Assembly (NCBI RefSeq): GCF_009914755.1 | Contig: NC_060933.1 | Strand: one strand, 5' to 3' | Length of the DNA: 64,000 nt | DNA from: the human T2T-CHM13v2.0 reference genome, Homo sapiens | Shown: in pieces, positions 1 to 15,021 of the stretch | Position numbering within the stretch: the stretch's first letter is position 1 | Layout: each line of letters starts with the position of its first letter | The notes under the pieces: generated by a model | The model's input: only the letters and a program-made list of their open reading frames with translations | Told to the model about the DNA's origin: nothing | Database searches by the model: none | Translations under genes and position numbers: made by a program

Positions 1-180
1 ACCAGAGTGGAATGGAAGGGAATGGAATGGAATGGAAACTAATAGAATGGAATCTACCCGAGTGGAATGGAATGGAAAGGAATGGAAAGGAATGGAATGG
101 AATGGAATGGAATGGAATGGAATGGAATCAACTCGATTGTAAAGGAATGGAATGGAATGGAATGGAATGGAATGGAATCA

Positions 181-2633
181 TCCGAAATGGAATGGAATGG
201 AATGAAATGGAATGGAATGGAATGGAATGGTACGGAATAGAATGGAATGGAACGAAATGGAATTCAATGGAATGGAATGGAATGGAATGGAATGGAAAGG
301 AATGGAATGGAATGGAATCGTTCCGAGTGGAATAGGAGGGAATGTATTCGAGTGGAATGGAAAGGAATGGAATCAACCAGAGTGGAATGGAATGGAATGG
401 AATGGAATGGAATGGAATGGAATGGAATGGAATGCAATGGAATGGAATCAACCCGAGTACAATGGAATGGAATGGAATGGAATGGAATTCAATGGAATGG
501 AATGGAATGGAATGGAATCAACTCGATTGCAATCGAATGGAATGGAATGGAATTAACCCGAATAGAATGGAATGGAACGGAATGGAACGGAACGGAATGG
601 AATGGAATGGAATGGAATGGAACGGAAAGGGATGGAATGGAATGGAATGGAATGGAATGGAATGGAATGGAATCAAAGCGAATGCAGGGGAATGGAATGG
701 AATCAAATGGAATGGAATGGAATCAACCCGAGTGCCGGGGAATGTAATGGAACGGAATGCAATGGAATGGAATCATCCGGAATGGAATGGAATGGAATGG
801 AATGGAATGGAATGGAATGGAGTGGAATGGAATGGAATGGAATGGAACAACCCGAATGGAATGGAATGTAATGGAGAGTAACGGAGTTGAATAGAATCAA
901 TCCGAATATAATGGAATGGAATGGAACGGAATGGAATGGAATGGAATGGAATGGAATGGAATGGAATGGAATGGAATCAACCCGAGTACAATGGAATGGA
1001 ATGGAATGGAATGGAATGGAAATGAAATGAATGGAATCAAGCCAAGTGCAATGGAATGGAGAGGAATGGAATGGAATGGAATGGAATGAAATGGAAAGGA
1101 ATTGAATGGAATGGAATGACTTCAAACAGAATGGAATGGAAAGGAATGGAATCAACACGAGTGGAATGGAATGTAATGGAATGGAAGGGAATGGAATGGT
1201 ACGGAATAGAATGGAATAGAACGAAATGGAATGGAATGGAATGGAATGGAATGGAATGGAGTGGAATGGAATCGTTCCGAGTGGAATAGGAGGGAATGTA
1301 TTCGAGTGGAATGGAAAGGAATGGAATCAACCAGAGTGGAATGGAAGGGAATGGAATGGAATGGAAACTAATAGAATGGAATCAATCCGAGTGGAATGGA
1401 ATGGAAAGGAATGGAAAGGAATGGAATGGAATGGAATGGAATGGAATGGAATCAACTCGATTGTAAAGGAATGGAATGGAATGGAATGGAATGGAATGGA
1501 ATGGAATGGAATGGAATGGAATCAACCCGAGTGCAGGGGAATGGAATGGAATGGAATGCAATGGAATGGAATCATCCGGAATGGAATGGAATGGAATGGA
1601 ATGCAAAGCAATGGAATCAACTCGATTGCAATGGAATGGAATGGAATGGAAAGGAATAGAATGGAATCAACCTGAGTGGAATGGAATGGAAAGGACTGGA
1701 ATGGAGTGGAATGGAATGGAATGGAATGGAATCAACTCGATTTGATTGGAATGGAATGGAATGGAATGGAATGGAATGGAATGGAATTAACCCGAATAGA
1801 ATGGAATGGAATGGTATGGAACGGAATGGAATGGAATGGAATGGAATGGAATGGAATGGAATGGAATGGAATCAACCCGACTGAAGGGGAATAGAATGGA
1901 ATGGAATGCAATGGAATGGAATCATCCGGAACGGAATGGAATGGAATGGAATGGAAAGGAATGGAATGGAATGCAATGGATTCAACTCGATTGCAATGGA
2001 ATGGAATAGAATGGAATGGAATGGAATGGAATGGAATTAACCCGAATGGAATGGAATGGAATGGAATGGAAAGGAATGGAATGGAATGGAATGGAATGGA
2101 ATGGAATGGAATGGAATGGAATGGAATGGTATGGAATGGAATGGAATGGAATGGTAAGGAATTGAATGGAATGGAACGAATTGGAATGGAATGGAATCGA
2201 ATGGAATGGAATGCAAAGGAATGGAATCATCCGGAATGGAATGGAATGGAATGGAATGGAATGGAATCAACCCGAGTGCAATGGAATGGAGTGGAATGGA
2301 ATGGAATGGAATGGAACAACCCGAATGGAATGGAATGTAATGGAGGGTAAGGGAGTTGAATAGAATCAATCCGAATGTAATGGAATGGAATGCAACGGAA
2401 TGGAATGGAATGGAATCAACCCGAGTGCGATGGAATGGAGAGGAATGGAATGGAATGGAATGGAAACTACCCGAATGCAATGGAATGTAATGGAGTGTAA
2501 GGGAATTGAATAGAATCAATCCGAATGGAATGGAATGGAATGGAACGGAATGGAATGGAATGGAATGGAATGGAATCAACCCGAGTGCAGGGGAATGGAA
2601 TGGAATGGAATGGAATCCAATGGAATGGAATCA
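181..2633 (+). repeat. ~2.45-kb higher-order unit, first copy
   Basis: TCCGAAATGG at 181 recurs at 2634 (offset 2453). The landmark CGTTCCGAGTGGAATAGGAGGG at 319/1273 recurs at 2772/3721. Private variants CAAAGCGAATGC, GAGTGCCGGGG and CAAGCCAAGT are shared. Confidence 0.85.
523..536. repeat. 14-bp perfect palindrome TCGATTGCAATCGA (first of many copies)
   Basis: The sequence equals its own reverse complement. It recurs at e.g. 2971, 6808, 10330, 15263, 18861, 18901 and 24781, and also in the inverted block. Confidence 0.9.
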
Positions 2634-5600
2634 TCCGAAATGGAATGGAATGGAATGAAATGGAATGGAATGGAATGGAATGGTACGGAATAGAATGGAA
2701 TGGAACGAAATGGAATTCAATGGAATGGAATGGAATGGAATGGAATGGAAAGGAATGGAATGGAATGGAATCGTTCCGAGTGGAATAGGAGGGAATGTAT
2801 TCGAGTGGAATGGAAAGGAATGGAATCAACCAGAGTGGAATGGAATGGAATGGAATGGAATGGAATGGAATGGAATGGAATGCAATGGAATGGAATCAAC
2901 CCGAGTACAATGGAATGGAATGGAATGGAATGGAATTCAATGGAATGGAATGGAATGGAATGGAATCAACTCGATTGCAATCGAATGGAATGGAATGGAA
3001 TTAACCCGAATAGAATGGAATGGAACGGAATGGAACGGAACGGAATGGAATGGAATGGAATGGAATGGAACGGAAAGGAATGGAATGGAATGGAATGGAA
3101 TGGAATGGAATGGAATGGAATGGAATCAAAGCGAATGCAGGGGAATGGAATGGAATCAAATGGAATGGAATGGAATCAACCCGAGTGCCGGGGAATGTAA
3201 TGGAACGGAATGCAATGGAATGGAATCATCCGGAATGGAATGGAATGGAATGGAATGGAATGGAATGGAATGGAGTGGAATGGAATGGAATGGAATGGAA
3301 CAACCCGAATGGAATGGAATGTAATGGAGAGTAACGGAGTTGAATAGAATCAATCCGAATATAATGGAATGGAATGGAACGGAATGGAATGAAATGGAAT
3401 GGAATGGAATGGAATGGAATGGAATCAACCCGAGTACAATGGAATGGAATGGAATGGAATGGAATGGAAATGAAATGAATGGAATCAAGCCAAGTGCAAT
3501 GGAATGGAGAGGAATGGAATGGAATGGAATGGAATGAAATGGAAAGGAATTGAATGGAATGGAATGACTTCAAACAGAATGGAATGGAAAGGAATGGAAT
3601 CAACACGAGTGGAATGGAATGTAATGGAATGGAAGGGAATGGAATGGTACGGAATAGAATGGAATAGAACGAAATGGAATGGAATGGAATGGAATGGAAT
3701 GGAATGGAGTGGAATGGAATCGTTCCGAGTGGAATAGGAGGGAATGTATTCGAGTGGAATGGAAAGGAATGGAATCAACCAGAGTGGAATGGAAGGGAAT
3801 GGAATGGAATGGAAACTAATAGAATGGAATCAACCCGAGTGGAATGGAATGGAAAGGAATGGAATGGAATGGAATGGAATGGAATGGAATGGAATGGAAT
3901 CAACTCGATTGTAAAGGAATGGAATGGAATGGAATGGAATGGAATGGAATGGAATGGAATGGAATGGAATGGAATGGAATGGAATCAACCCGAGTGCAGG
4001 GGAATGGAATGGAATGGAATGAAATGGAATGGAATCATCCGGAATGGAATGGAATGGAATGGAATGCAAAGCAATGGAATCAACTCGATTGCAATGGAAT
4101 GGAATGGAATGGAAAGGAATAGAATGGAATCAACCTGAGTGGAATGGAATGGAAAGGACTGGAATGGAGTGGAATGGAATGGAATGGAATGGAATCAACT
4201 CGATTTGATTGGAATGGAATGGAATGGAATGGAATGGAATGGAATGGAATTAACCCGAATAGAATGGAATGGAATGGAATGGAACGGAATGGAATGGAAT
4301 GGAATGGAATGGAATGGAATGGAATGGAATCAACCCGACTGAAGGGGAATAGAATGGAATGGAATGCAATGGAATGGAATCATCCGGAACGGAATGGAAT
4401 GGAATGGAATGGAAAGGAATGGAATGGAATACAATGGATTCAACTCGATTGCAATGGAATGGAATAGAATGGAATGGAATGGAATGGAATGGAATTAACC
4501 CGAATGGAATGGAATGGAATGGAATGGAAAGGAATGGAATGGAATGGAATGGAATGGAATGGAATGGAATGGAATGGAATGGAATGGAATGGTATGGAAT
4601 GGAATGGAATGGAATGGTAAGGAATTGAATGGAATGGAACGAATTGGAATGGAATGGAATCGAATGGAATGGAATGCAATGGAATGGAATCATCCGGAAT
4701 GGAATGGAATGGAATGGAATGGAATGGAATCAACCCGAGTGCAATGGAATGGAGTGGAATGGAATGGAATGGAATGGAACAACCCGAATGGAATGGAATG
4801 TAATGGAGGGTAAGGGAGTTGAATAGAATCAATCCGAATGCAATGGAATGGAATGGAACGGAATGGAATGGAATGGAATGGAATGGAATGCAATGGAATG
4901 GAATCAACCCGAGTACAATGGAATGGAATGGAATGGAATGGAATGGAATGGAATGGAATGGAATGGAATGGAATGGAAAGGAATTGAATGGAATGGAATG
5001 ACTTCAAACCGAATGGAATGGAAAGGAATGGAATCAACACCAGTGGAATGGAATGGAATGGAATGCAATGGAATGCAATGGTACGGAATAGAGTGGAATG
5101 GAACGAAATTTAATGGAATGGAATGTAATGGAATGGAATGGAATGGAATGGAATGGAATGGAATAGAATGGAATGGAATCGTTCCGAGTGGAATAGGAGG
5201 GAATGTATTCGAGTGGAATGGAAAGGAATGGAATCAACCAGAGTGGAATGGAAAGGAATGGAATGGAATGGAAACTAATAGAATGGAATCAACCCGAGTG
5301 GAATGGAATGGAAAGGACTGGAATGGAATGGAATGGAATGGAATGGAATGGAATCAACTCGATTGTAATGGAATGGAATGGAATGGAGTGGAATTAACCC
5401 GAATACAATGGAATGGAATGGAATGGAACGGAATGGAGTGGAATGGAATGGAATCAACCCGAGTGCAGGGGAATGGAATGGAAGGGAATGCAATGGAATG
5501 GAATCATCCGGAATGGAATGGAATGGAATGGAATGCAAAGCAATGGAATCAACTCGATTGCAATGGAATGGAATGGAATGGAAAGGAATAGAATGGAATC

Positions 5601-6475
5601 AACCTGAGTGGAATGGAATGGAAAGGACTGGAATGGAGTGGAATGGAATGGAATGGAATGGAATCAACTCGATTTGATTGGAATGGAATGGAATGGAATG
5701 GAATGGAATGGAATGGAATGGAATGGAATCAACCCGACTGAAGGGGAATAGAATGGAATGGAATGCAAGGGAATGGAATCATCCGGAACGGAATGGAATG
5801 GAATGGAATGGAAAGGAATGGAATGGAATGCAATGGATTCAACTCGATTGCAATGGAATGGAATAGAATGGAATGGAATGGAATGGAATGGAATTAACCC
5901 GAATGGAATGGAATGGAATGGAATGGAAAGGAATGGAATGGAATGGAATGGAATGGAATGGAATGGAATGGAATGGTATGGAATGGAATGGAATGGAATG
6001 GTAAGGAATTGAATGGAATGGAACGAATTGGAATGGAATGGAATCGAATGGAATGGAATGCAAAGGAATGGAATCATCCGGAATGGAATGGAATGGAATG
6101 GAATGGAATGGAATCAACCCGAGTGCAATGGAATGGAGTGGAATGGAATGGAATGGAATGGAACAACCCGAATGGAATGGAATGTAATGGAGGGTAAGGG
6201 AGTTGAATAGAATCAATCCGAATGTAATGGAATGGAATGCAACGGAATGGAATGGAATGGAATCAACCCGAGTGCGATGGAATGGAGAGGAATGGAATGG
6301 AATGGAATGGAAACTACCCGAATGCAATGGAATGTAATGGAGTGTAAGGGAATTGAATAGAATCAATCCGAATGGAATGGAATGGAATGGAACGGAATGG
6401 AATGGAATGGAATGGAATGGAATCAACCCGAGTGCAGGGGAATGGAATTGAATGGAATGCAATGGAATGGAATCA
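2634..6475 (+). repeat. ~3.84-kb expanded higher-order unit (2.45-kb unit plus ~1.4 kb extra)
   Basis: Unit start recurs at 6476 (offset 3842). Landmarks 2772/3721/5180 recur at 6609/7563/8976. Confidence 0.8.
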
Positions 6476-9400
6476 TCCGAAATGGAATGGAATGGAATGA
6501 AATGGAATGGAATGGAATGGAATGGTACGGAATAGAATGGAATGGAACGAAATGGAATTGAATGGAATGGAATGGAATGGAATGGAAAGGAATGGAATGG
6601 AATGGAATCGTTCCGAGTGGAATAGGAGGGAATGTATTCGATTGGAATGGAAAGGAATGGAATCAACCAGAGTGGAATGGAATGGAATGGAATGGAATGG
6701 AATGGAATGGAATGGAATGCAATGGAATGGAATCAACCCGAGTACAATGGAATGGAATGGAATGGAATGGAATTCAATGGAATGGAATGGAATGGAATGG
6801 AATCAACTCGATTGCAATCGAATGGAATGGAATGGAATTAACCCGAATAGAATGGAATGGAACGGAATGGAACGGAACGGAATGGAATGGAATGGAATGG
6901 AATGGAACGGAAAGGAATGGAATGGAATGGAATGGAATGGAATGGAATGGAATGGAATCAAAGCGAATGCAGGGGAATGGAATGGAATCAAATGGAATGG
7001 AATGGAATCAACCCGAGTGCCGGGGAATGTAATGGAACGGAATGCAATGGAATGGAATCATCCGGAATGGAATGGAATGGAATGGAATGGAATGGAATGG
7101 AATGGAGTGGAATGGAATGGAATGGAATGGAACAACCCGAATGGAATGGAATGTAATGGAGAGTAACGGAGTTGAATAGAATCAATCCGAATATAATGGA
7201 ATGGAATGGAACGGAATGGAATGGAATGGAATGGAATGGAATGGAATGGAATGGAATGGAATCAACCCGAGTACAATGGAATGGAATGGAATGGAATGGA
7301 ATGGAAATGAAATGAATGGAATCAAGCCAAGTGCAATGGAATGGAGAGGAATGGAATGGAATGGAATGGAATGAAATGGAAAGGAATTGAATGGAATGGA
7401 ATGACTTCAAACAGAATGGAATGGAAAGGAATGGAATCAACACGAGTGGAATGGAATGTAATGGAATGGAAGGGAATGGAATGGTACGGAATAGAATGGA
7501 ATAGAACGAAATGGAATGGAATGGAATGGAATGGAATGGAATGGAATGGAGTGGAATGGAATCGTTCCGAGTGGAATAGGAGGGAATGTATTCGAGTGGA
7601 ATGGAAAGGAATGGAATCAACCAGAGTGGAATGGAAGGGAATGGAATGGAATGGAAACTAATAGAATGGAATCAACCCGAGTGGAATGGAATGGAAAGGA
7701 ATGGAATGGAATGGAATGGAATGGAATGGAATGGAATGGAATCAACTCGATTGTAAAGGAATGGAATGGAATGGAATGGAATGGAATGGAATGGAATGGA
7801 ATGGAATGGAATCAACCCGAGTGCAGGGGAATGGAATGGAATGGAATGCAATGGAATGGAATCATCCGGAATGGAATGGAATGGAATGGAATGCAAAGCA
7901 ATGGAATCAACTCGATTGCAATGGAATGGAATGGAATGGAAAGGAATAGAATGGAATCAACCGGAGTGGAATGGAATGGAAAGGACTGGAATGGAGTGGA
8001 ATGGAATGGAATGGAATGGAATCAACTCGATTTGATTGGAATGGAATGGAATGGAATGGAATGGAATGGAATGGAATGGAATTAACCCGAATAGAATGGA
8101 ATGGAATGGAATGGAACGGAATGGAATGGAATGGAATGGAATGGAATGGAATGGAATCAACCCGACTGAAGGGGAATACAATGGAATGGAATGCAATGGA
8201 ATGGAATCATCCGGAACGGAATGGAATGGAATGGAATGGAAAGGAATGGAATGGAATGCAATGGATTCAACTCGATTGCAATGGAATGGAATAGAATGGA
8301 ATGGAATGGAATGGAATTAACCCGAATGGAATGGAATGGAATGGAATGGAAAGGAATGGAATGGAATGGAATGGAATGGAATGGTATGGAATGGAATGGA
8401 ATGGAATGGTAAGGAATTGAATGGAATGGAACGAATTGGAATGGAATGGAATCGAATGGAATGGAATGCAATGGAATGGAATCATCCGGAATGGAATGGA
8501 ATTGAATGGAATGGAATGGAATGGAATCAACCCGAGTGCAATGGAATGGAGTGGAATGGAATGGAATGGAACAACGCGAATGGAATGGAATGTAATGGAG
8601 TGTAAGGGAGTTGAATAGAATCAATCCGAATGCAATGGAATGGAATGGAACGGAATGGAATGGAATGGAATGGAATGGAATGCAATGGAATGGAATCAAC
8701 CCGAGTACAATGGAATGGAATGGAATGGAATGGAATGGAATAGAATGGAATGGAATAGAATGGAATGGAAAGGAATTGAATGGAATGGAATGACTTCAAA
8801 CCGAATGGAATGGAAAGAATGGAATCAACACCAGTGGAATGGAATGGAATGGAATGCAATGGAATGCAATGGTACGGAATAGAGTGGAATGGAACGAAAT
8901 TTAATGGAATGGAATGTAATGGAATGGAATGGAATGGAATGGAATGGAATGGAATGGAATAGAATGGAATGGAATCGTTCCGAGTGGAATAGGAGGGAAT
9001 GTATTCGAGTGGAATGGAAAGGAATGGAATCAACCAGAGTGGAATGGAAGGGAATGGAATGGAATGGAAACTAATAGAATGGAATCAACCCGAGTGGAAT
9101 GGAATGGAAAGGACTGGAATGGAATGGAATGGAATGGAATGGAATGGAATGGAATCAACTCGATTGTAATGGAATGGAATGGAATGGAGTGGAATTAACC
9201 CGAATACAATGGAATGGAATGGAATGGAACGGAATGGAGTGGAATGGAATGGAATCAACCCGAGTGCAGGGGAATGGAATGGAATGGAATGCAATGGAAT
9301 GGAATCATCCGGAATGGAATGGAATGGAATGGAATGCAAAGCAATGGAATCAACTCGATTGCAATGGAATGGAATGGAATGGAAAGGAATAGAATGGAAT

Positions 9401-12060
9401 CAACCCGAGTGGAATGGAATGGAAAGGACTGGAATGGAGTGGAATGGAATGGAATAGAATGGAATGGAATGGAATGGAATGGAATTAACCCGATTAGAAT
9501 GGAATGGAATGGAATGGAACGGAACGGAACGGAACGGAACGGAACGGAATGGAATGGAATGGAATGGAATGGAATGGAATGGAATGGAATCAACCCGACT
9601 GCAGGGGAATGGAATGGAATGGAATGCAATGGAATGGAATCATCCGGAACGGAATGGAATGGAATGGAATGGAATCAACTCGATTGCAATGGAATGGAAT
9701 GGAATGGAATGGAATGGAATGGAATGGAATGGAATGGAATGGAATTAACCCGTGTGCAATGGAATGGAATGGAATGGAATGGAATGGATTCAAATCGAAT
9801 GGAATCAACTCGATTGCAATGGAATGGAATGGAATGGAAAGCAATAGAATGGAATCAACCCGAGTGGAATGAAATGGAAAGGACTGGAATGGAGTGGAAT
9901 GGAATGGAATGGAATTAACCCGAATAGAATGGAATGGAATGGAATGGAACGGAATGTAATGGAATGGAATGGAATGGAATCAACCCGAGTGCAGGGGAAT
10001 GGAATGGAATGGAATGCAATGGAATGGAATCATCCGAAATGGAATGGAATGGAATGGAAAGGAATGGAATGCAATGCAATGGAATGTAATGTAATGGAAT
10101 GGAATGGAATCAATTCGATTTCAATGGAATGGAATGGAATAGAATGGAATGGAATGAACACGAATAGAAAGGAATGGAATGAAAGGGAATGGAACAGAAC
10201 GCAATGGAATGGAATGGAATGGAATCAACCCAAGTGCAGGGGAATGGAATGGAATGGAATTCAATGGAATGGAATCATTCGGAATGGAATGGAATGGAAT
10301 GGCATGGAATGGAATGGAATGGAATCAACTCGATTGCAATCGAATGGAATGGAATGGAATTAACCCGAATAGAATGGAATGGAATGGAATGGAACGGAAC
10401 GGAAAGGAATGGAATGGAATGGAATGGAATGGAATGGAATGGAATGGAATGGAATGGAATGGAACGGAACGGAATGGAATGGAATGGAATGGAATGGAAT
10501 GGAATGGAATCAACCCGACTGCAGGGGAATGGAATCGAATGGAATGCAGGGGAATGGAATGGAATGGAATGCAATGGAATGGAATCATCCGGAATGGAAT
10601 GGAATGGTATGGAATGCAAAGCAATCGAATCAACTCGATTGCAATGGAATGGAATGGAATGGAAAGGAATAGAATGGAATCAACCCGAGTGGAATGGAAT
10701 GGAAAGGACTGGAATGGAGTGGAATGGAATGGAATAGGATGGAATGGAATGGAATCAACTCGATTGGAATGGAATGGAATGGAATGGAATGGAATGGAAT
10801 GGAATTAACCCTAATAGAATGGAATGGAATTGAATGGAAAGGAATGGAATGGAATGGAATGGAATGGAATGGAATGGAATGGAATGGAATGGAATCAACG
10901 CGAATGCAGGGGAACGGAATGGAATGGAATGCAATGGAATGGAATCTTCCGGAATGGAATGGAATGGAATGGAATGCAATGTTTTCAACTCGATTGCAAT
11001 GAAATGGAATAGAATGGAATGGAATGGAATGGAATGGAATTAACACGAATAGAATGGAATGCAATGGAATGGAACGGAGCGGAACGGAACGGAACGGAAT
11101 GGAATGGAATGGAATGGAATGGAATTGTATGGAATGGAATGGAATGGTACGGAATAGAATTGAATGGAATGAATTGGAATGGAATGGAATTGAATGGAAT
11201 AGAATGGAATGGAATGGAATCAACCCGAGTGCAGGGGAATGTAATGGAAGGGAATGCAATGGAATGGAATCATCCGGAATGGAATGGAATTGAATGGAAT
11301 CAACCCGAGTGCAATGGAATGGAGTGGAATGGAATGGAATGGAGTGGAATGTAATGGAATGGAATGGAACAACCCGAATGGAATGGAATGTAATGGAGAG
11401 TAAGGGAGTTGAATAGAAACAATCCGAATATAATGGAATGGAATGGAATGGAATGGAATGCAATGGAATGCAAAGGAATGGAATCAACCCGACTGAAATC
11501 GAATGGAATCGAATGGAATGGAATGCAATGGAATGGATTCAACATGAATGGAAAGGAAAGAATGGAATCAACAGGAGTGGAATGGCATGGATTGGAATGG
11601 AATGGAATGGAATCAACCCGAGTACAGGGGAATGGAATGGAATGGAATGCAATGGAAAGGAAACATCTGTAATGGAATGGAAAGGAATGGAATGGAATGG
11701 AATGGAATGGAACGGAACGGAACGGAACGGAACGGAACGGAATGGAATGGAATGGAATGGAATGGAATGGAACGGAACGGAACGGAACGGAACGGAACGG
11801 AATGGAATAGAATGGAATGGAATGGAATGGAATCAACGCGAGTGCAGGGGAATGGAATGCAATGGAATGCAATGGAATGGAATCTTCCGGAATGGAATGG
11901 AATGGAATGGAAAGGAATGGAATGCAATGCAATGGATTCAACGCGATTGCAATGGAATGGAATAGATTGGAATGGAATGGAATGGAATGGAATTAACCCA
12001 AATAGAATGGAATGGAATGGAAAGGAATGGAATGGAATGGAATGGAATGGAATGGAATGG
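6265..12060 (+). repeat. Copy 1 of a ~5.7-kb segment duplicated ~14.5 kb downstream
   Basis: Landmarks 6609/7563/8976 match 21109/22043/23412. Private variants CCGATTAGAAT, CCGTGTGCAA, GAATAGAAACAATCC and CAACAGGAGT occur in both copies in the same order. Ends approximate. Confidence 0.8.
10941..10955. promoter_or_regulatory. Consensus three-unit heat-shock element (first of ~35 in the window)
   Basis: GGAATCTTCCGGAAT = gGAAt-cTTCc-gGAAt, an exact match to nGAAnnTTCnnGAAn. The motif match is direct; function is inferred from known HSF1 association with Satellite III. Confidence 0.55.
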
Positions 12061-15021
12061 AATGGAATGGAATGGAATGGTATGGAATAGAATGGAATGG
12101 AATGGTACGGAATAGAATGGAATGGAAAAAATTAGAATTGAATGGAATCGAATGGAATGGAATGCAATGGAATAGAATTAACGCGAGTGCAAGGGAATGA
12201 AATGGAATGGAATGCAATGGAATGGAATCATCCGAAATGGAATGGGATGGAATGGAATGGAATGGAATGGAATCAACCCGAGTGCAATGGAATGGAGAGG
12301 AATGGAATGGAATGGAATGGAACAACCAGAATGGAATGGAATGTAATGGAGAGTAAGGGAGTTGAATAGAATCAATCCGAATGTAATGGAATGGAATGGA
12401 ACGGAATGGAATGGAATGGAATGGAATGCAATGGAATGGAATCAACCCGAGTACAATGGAATGGAATGGAATGGAATGGAATGGAATGGAATGGAATGGA
12501 ATGGAACTGAATGGAATGGAATGACTTCAAACCAAATGGAATGGAAAGAATGGAATCAACACCAGTGGAATGGAATGGAATGGAATGGAATGGAATGGAA
12601 TGGAATGGAATGGTACGGAATAGAATGGAATGGAACGATATGGAATGGAATGGAATGGAATGGAATGGAATGGAATGGAATGGAATTAACCCGAATAGAA
12701 TGGAATGGAATGGAATGGAAAGGAATGGAAGGGAATGGAATGGAATGTAATCAACCCGAGTGCAGGGGAATGGAATGGAATGGAATGCAATGGAATGGAA
12801 TCATCCGGAATGGAATGGAATGGAATGGAATGCAATCAACCCGATGCAATGGAATGGAGCGGAATGGAATGGAATGGAATGGAAACATCCCGAATGGAAT
12901 GGAAGGTAATGGAGTGTAAGGGAATTGAATAGAATCAATCCGAATGTAATGGAATGGAATGGAATGAAATGGAATGTAATGGAATGGAATGGAATCAACC
13001 CGAGTGCAATGGAATGGATTCGAATGGAATGGAATGGAATGGAATGGATTCAAGAAGAATGCAATGGAAAGGAATGGAATCAACCCGAGTGTAATGGGAT
13101 GGAATGGAATGGAATGGAATGGGATGGAAAGGAATGGTACGGAATAGAATGGAATGGAATGAAATGGAATGGAATGGAATGGAATGAAATGGAGTGGAAT
13201 GGAACGGAATGAACCCGTGTGCAATGGAATGGAATGGAATGGAATGGAATGGAATGGAATGGATTCAACTCGAATGGAATCAACTCGATTGCAATGGAAT
13301 GGAATGGAATGGAAAGGAATAGAATGGAATCAACCCGAGTGGAATGGAATGGAAAGGACTGGAATGGAGTGGAATGGAATTGAATGGAATTAACCCGAAT
13401 AGAATGGAATGGAATGGAATGGAACGGAATGTAATGGTATGGAATGGAATGGAATCAACCCGAGTGCAGGGGAGTGGAATGGAAGGGAATGCAATGGAAT
13501 GGAATCATCCGGAATGGAATGGAATGGAATGGAATGGAATCAACTCGATTTCAATGGAATGGAATGGAATAGAATGGAATGGAATTAACACGAATAGAAT
13601 GGAATGGAATGGAATGGAACAGAAAGGAACGGAATGGAATGGAATGGAATCAACCCAAGAGCAGAGGAATGGAATGGAATGGAATGGAATGGAATGGAAT
13701 GGAATGGAATGGAATGGAATGGAATGGAATGGAATCAACCCGAGTGCAATGGAATGGAGAGGAATGGAATGGAATGGAATGGAAACTACCCGCATGGAAT
13801 GTAATGTAATGGAGTGTAAGGGAATTGAATAGAATCAATCCGAATGGAATGGAATGGAATGGAATGGAATCAACGCGAGTGCAGGGGAATGGAATGGAAT
13901 GGAATGCAATGGAATGGAATCTTCCGGAATGGAATGGAATGGAATGGAATGGAATGGAATGGAATGGAATGCAATGGATTCAACTCGATTGCAATGGAAT
14001 GGAATAGAATGGAATGGAATGGAATGGAATGGAATTAACCCGAATAGAATGGAATGGAATGTAATGGAACGGAACGGAACGGAACGGAACGGAATGGAAT
14101 GGAATGGAATGGAGTGGAATTGTATGTAACGGAAAGGAATGGTACGGAATAGAATGGAATGGAAAGAATTGGAATGGAATGGAATGGAATGGAATGGAAT
14201 GGAATGGAATGGAATCAACGCGAGTGCAGGGGAATGTAATGGAACGGAATGCAATGGAATGGAATCATCCGGAATGGAATGAAATGGAATGGAATGGAAT
14301 GGAATGGAATGGAATGGAATGGAATGGAATGGAATCAACCTGAGTGCAATGGAATGGAGTGGAATGGAATGGAATGGAATGGAACAACCCGAATGGAATG
14401 GAATGTAATGGAGAGTAAGGGAGTTGAATAGAATCAATCCGAAAGTAAAGGAATGGAATGGAACGGAATGGAATGGAATGGAATGGAATGGAATGGAATG
14501 CAATGGAATGGAATCAACCCGAGTACAATGGAATGGAATGGAATGGAATGGAATGGAATGGAATGGAATGGAATGGAATGGAATCATCCCGAGTGCAATG
14601 GAATGGAGAGGAATGGAATGGAATGCAATGGAATCTACCCAAATGGAATGGAATGAAATGGAGTGTAAGGGAATTGAATAGAATAAATCCGAATGGAATG
14701 GAATGGAATGGAACGGAATGTAATGTAATGTAATGGAATGGAATCAACCCGAGTGCAGGGGAATGGAATGGAATGCAATGCAATATAATGCAATCATCCG
14801 GAATGGAATGGAATGGAATGGAATGGAATGGAATTGAATGGAATGGAATCAACCCGAGTGCAATGGAATGGAGTGAATTGGAATGGAATGGAATGGAAAC
14901 AACCAGAATGGATTGGAATATAATGGAGTGTAAGGGAATTGAATAGAATCAATCTGAATGTAATGAAATGGAATGGAACGGAATGGAATGGAATGGAATG
15001 GAATGGAATGCAATGGAATGG

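Noticed and set aside
319-352. CGTTCCGAGTGGAATAGGAGGGAATG landmark resembling a Shine-Dalgarno (AGGAGG) before ATG
   Set aside because: It is an in-register degenerate pentamer stretch repeated ~27 times in a eukaryotic satellite. The downstream ORF is repeat translation.
686-691. Recurrent CAGGGG tracts as G-quadruplex candidates
   Set aside because: The G4-length runs are single and at least ~40 bp, usually hundreds of bp, apart, so there is no canonical four-tract motif.
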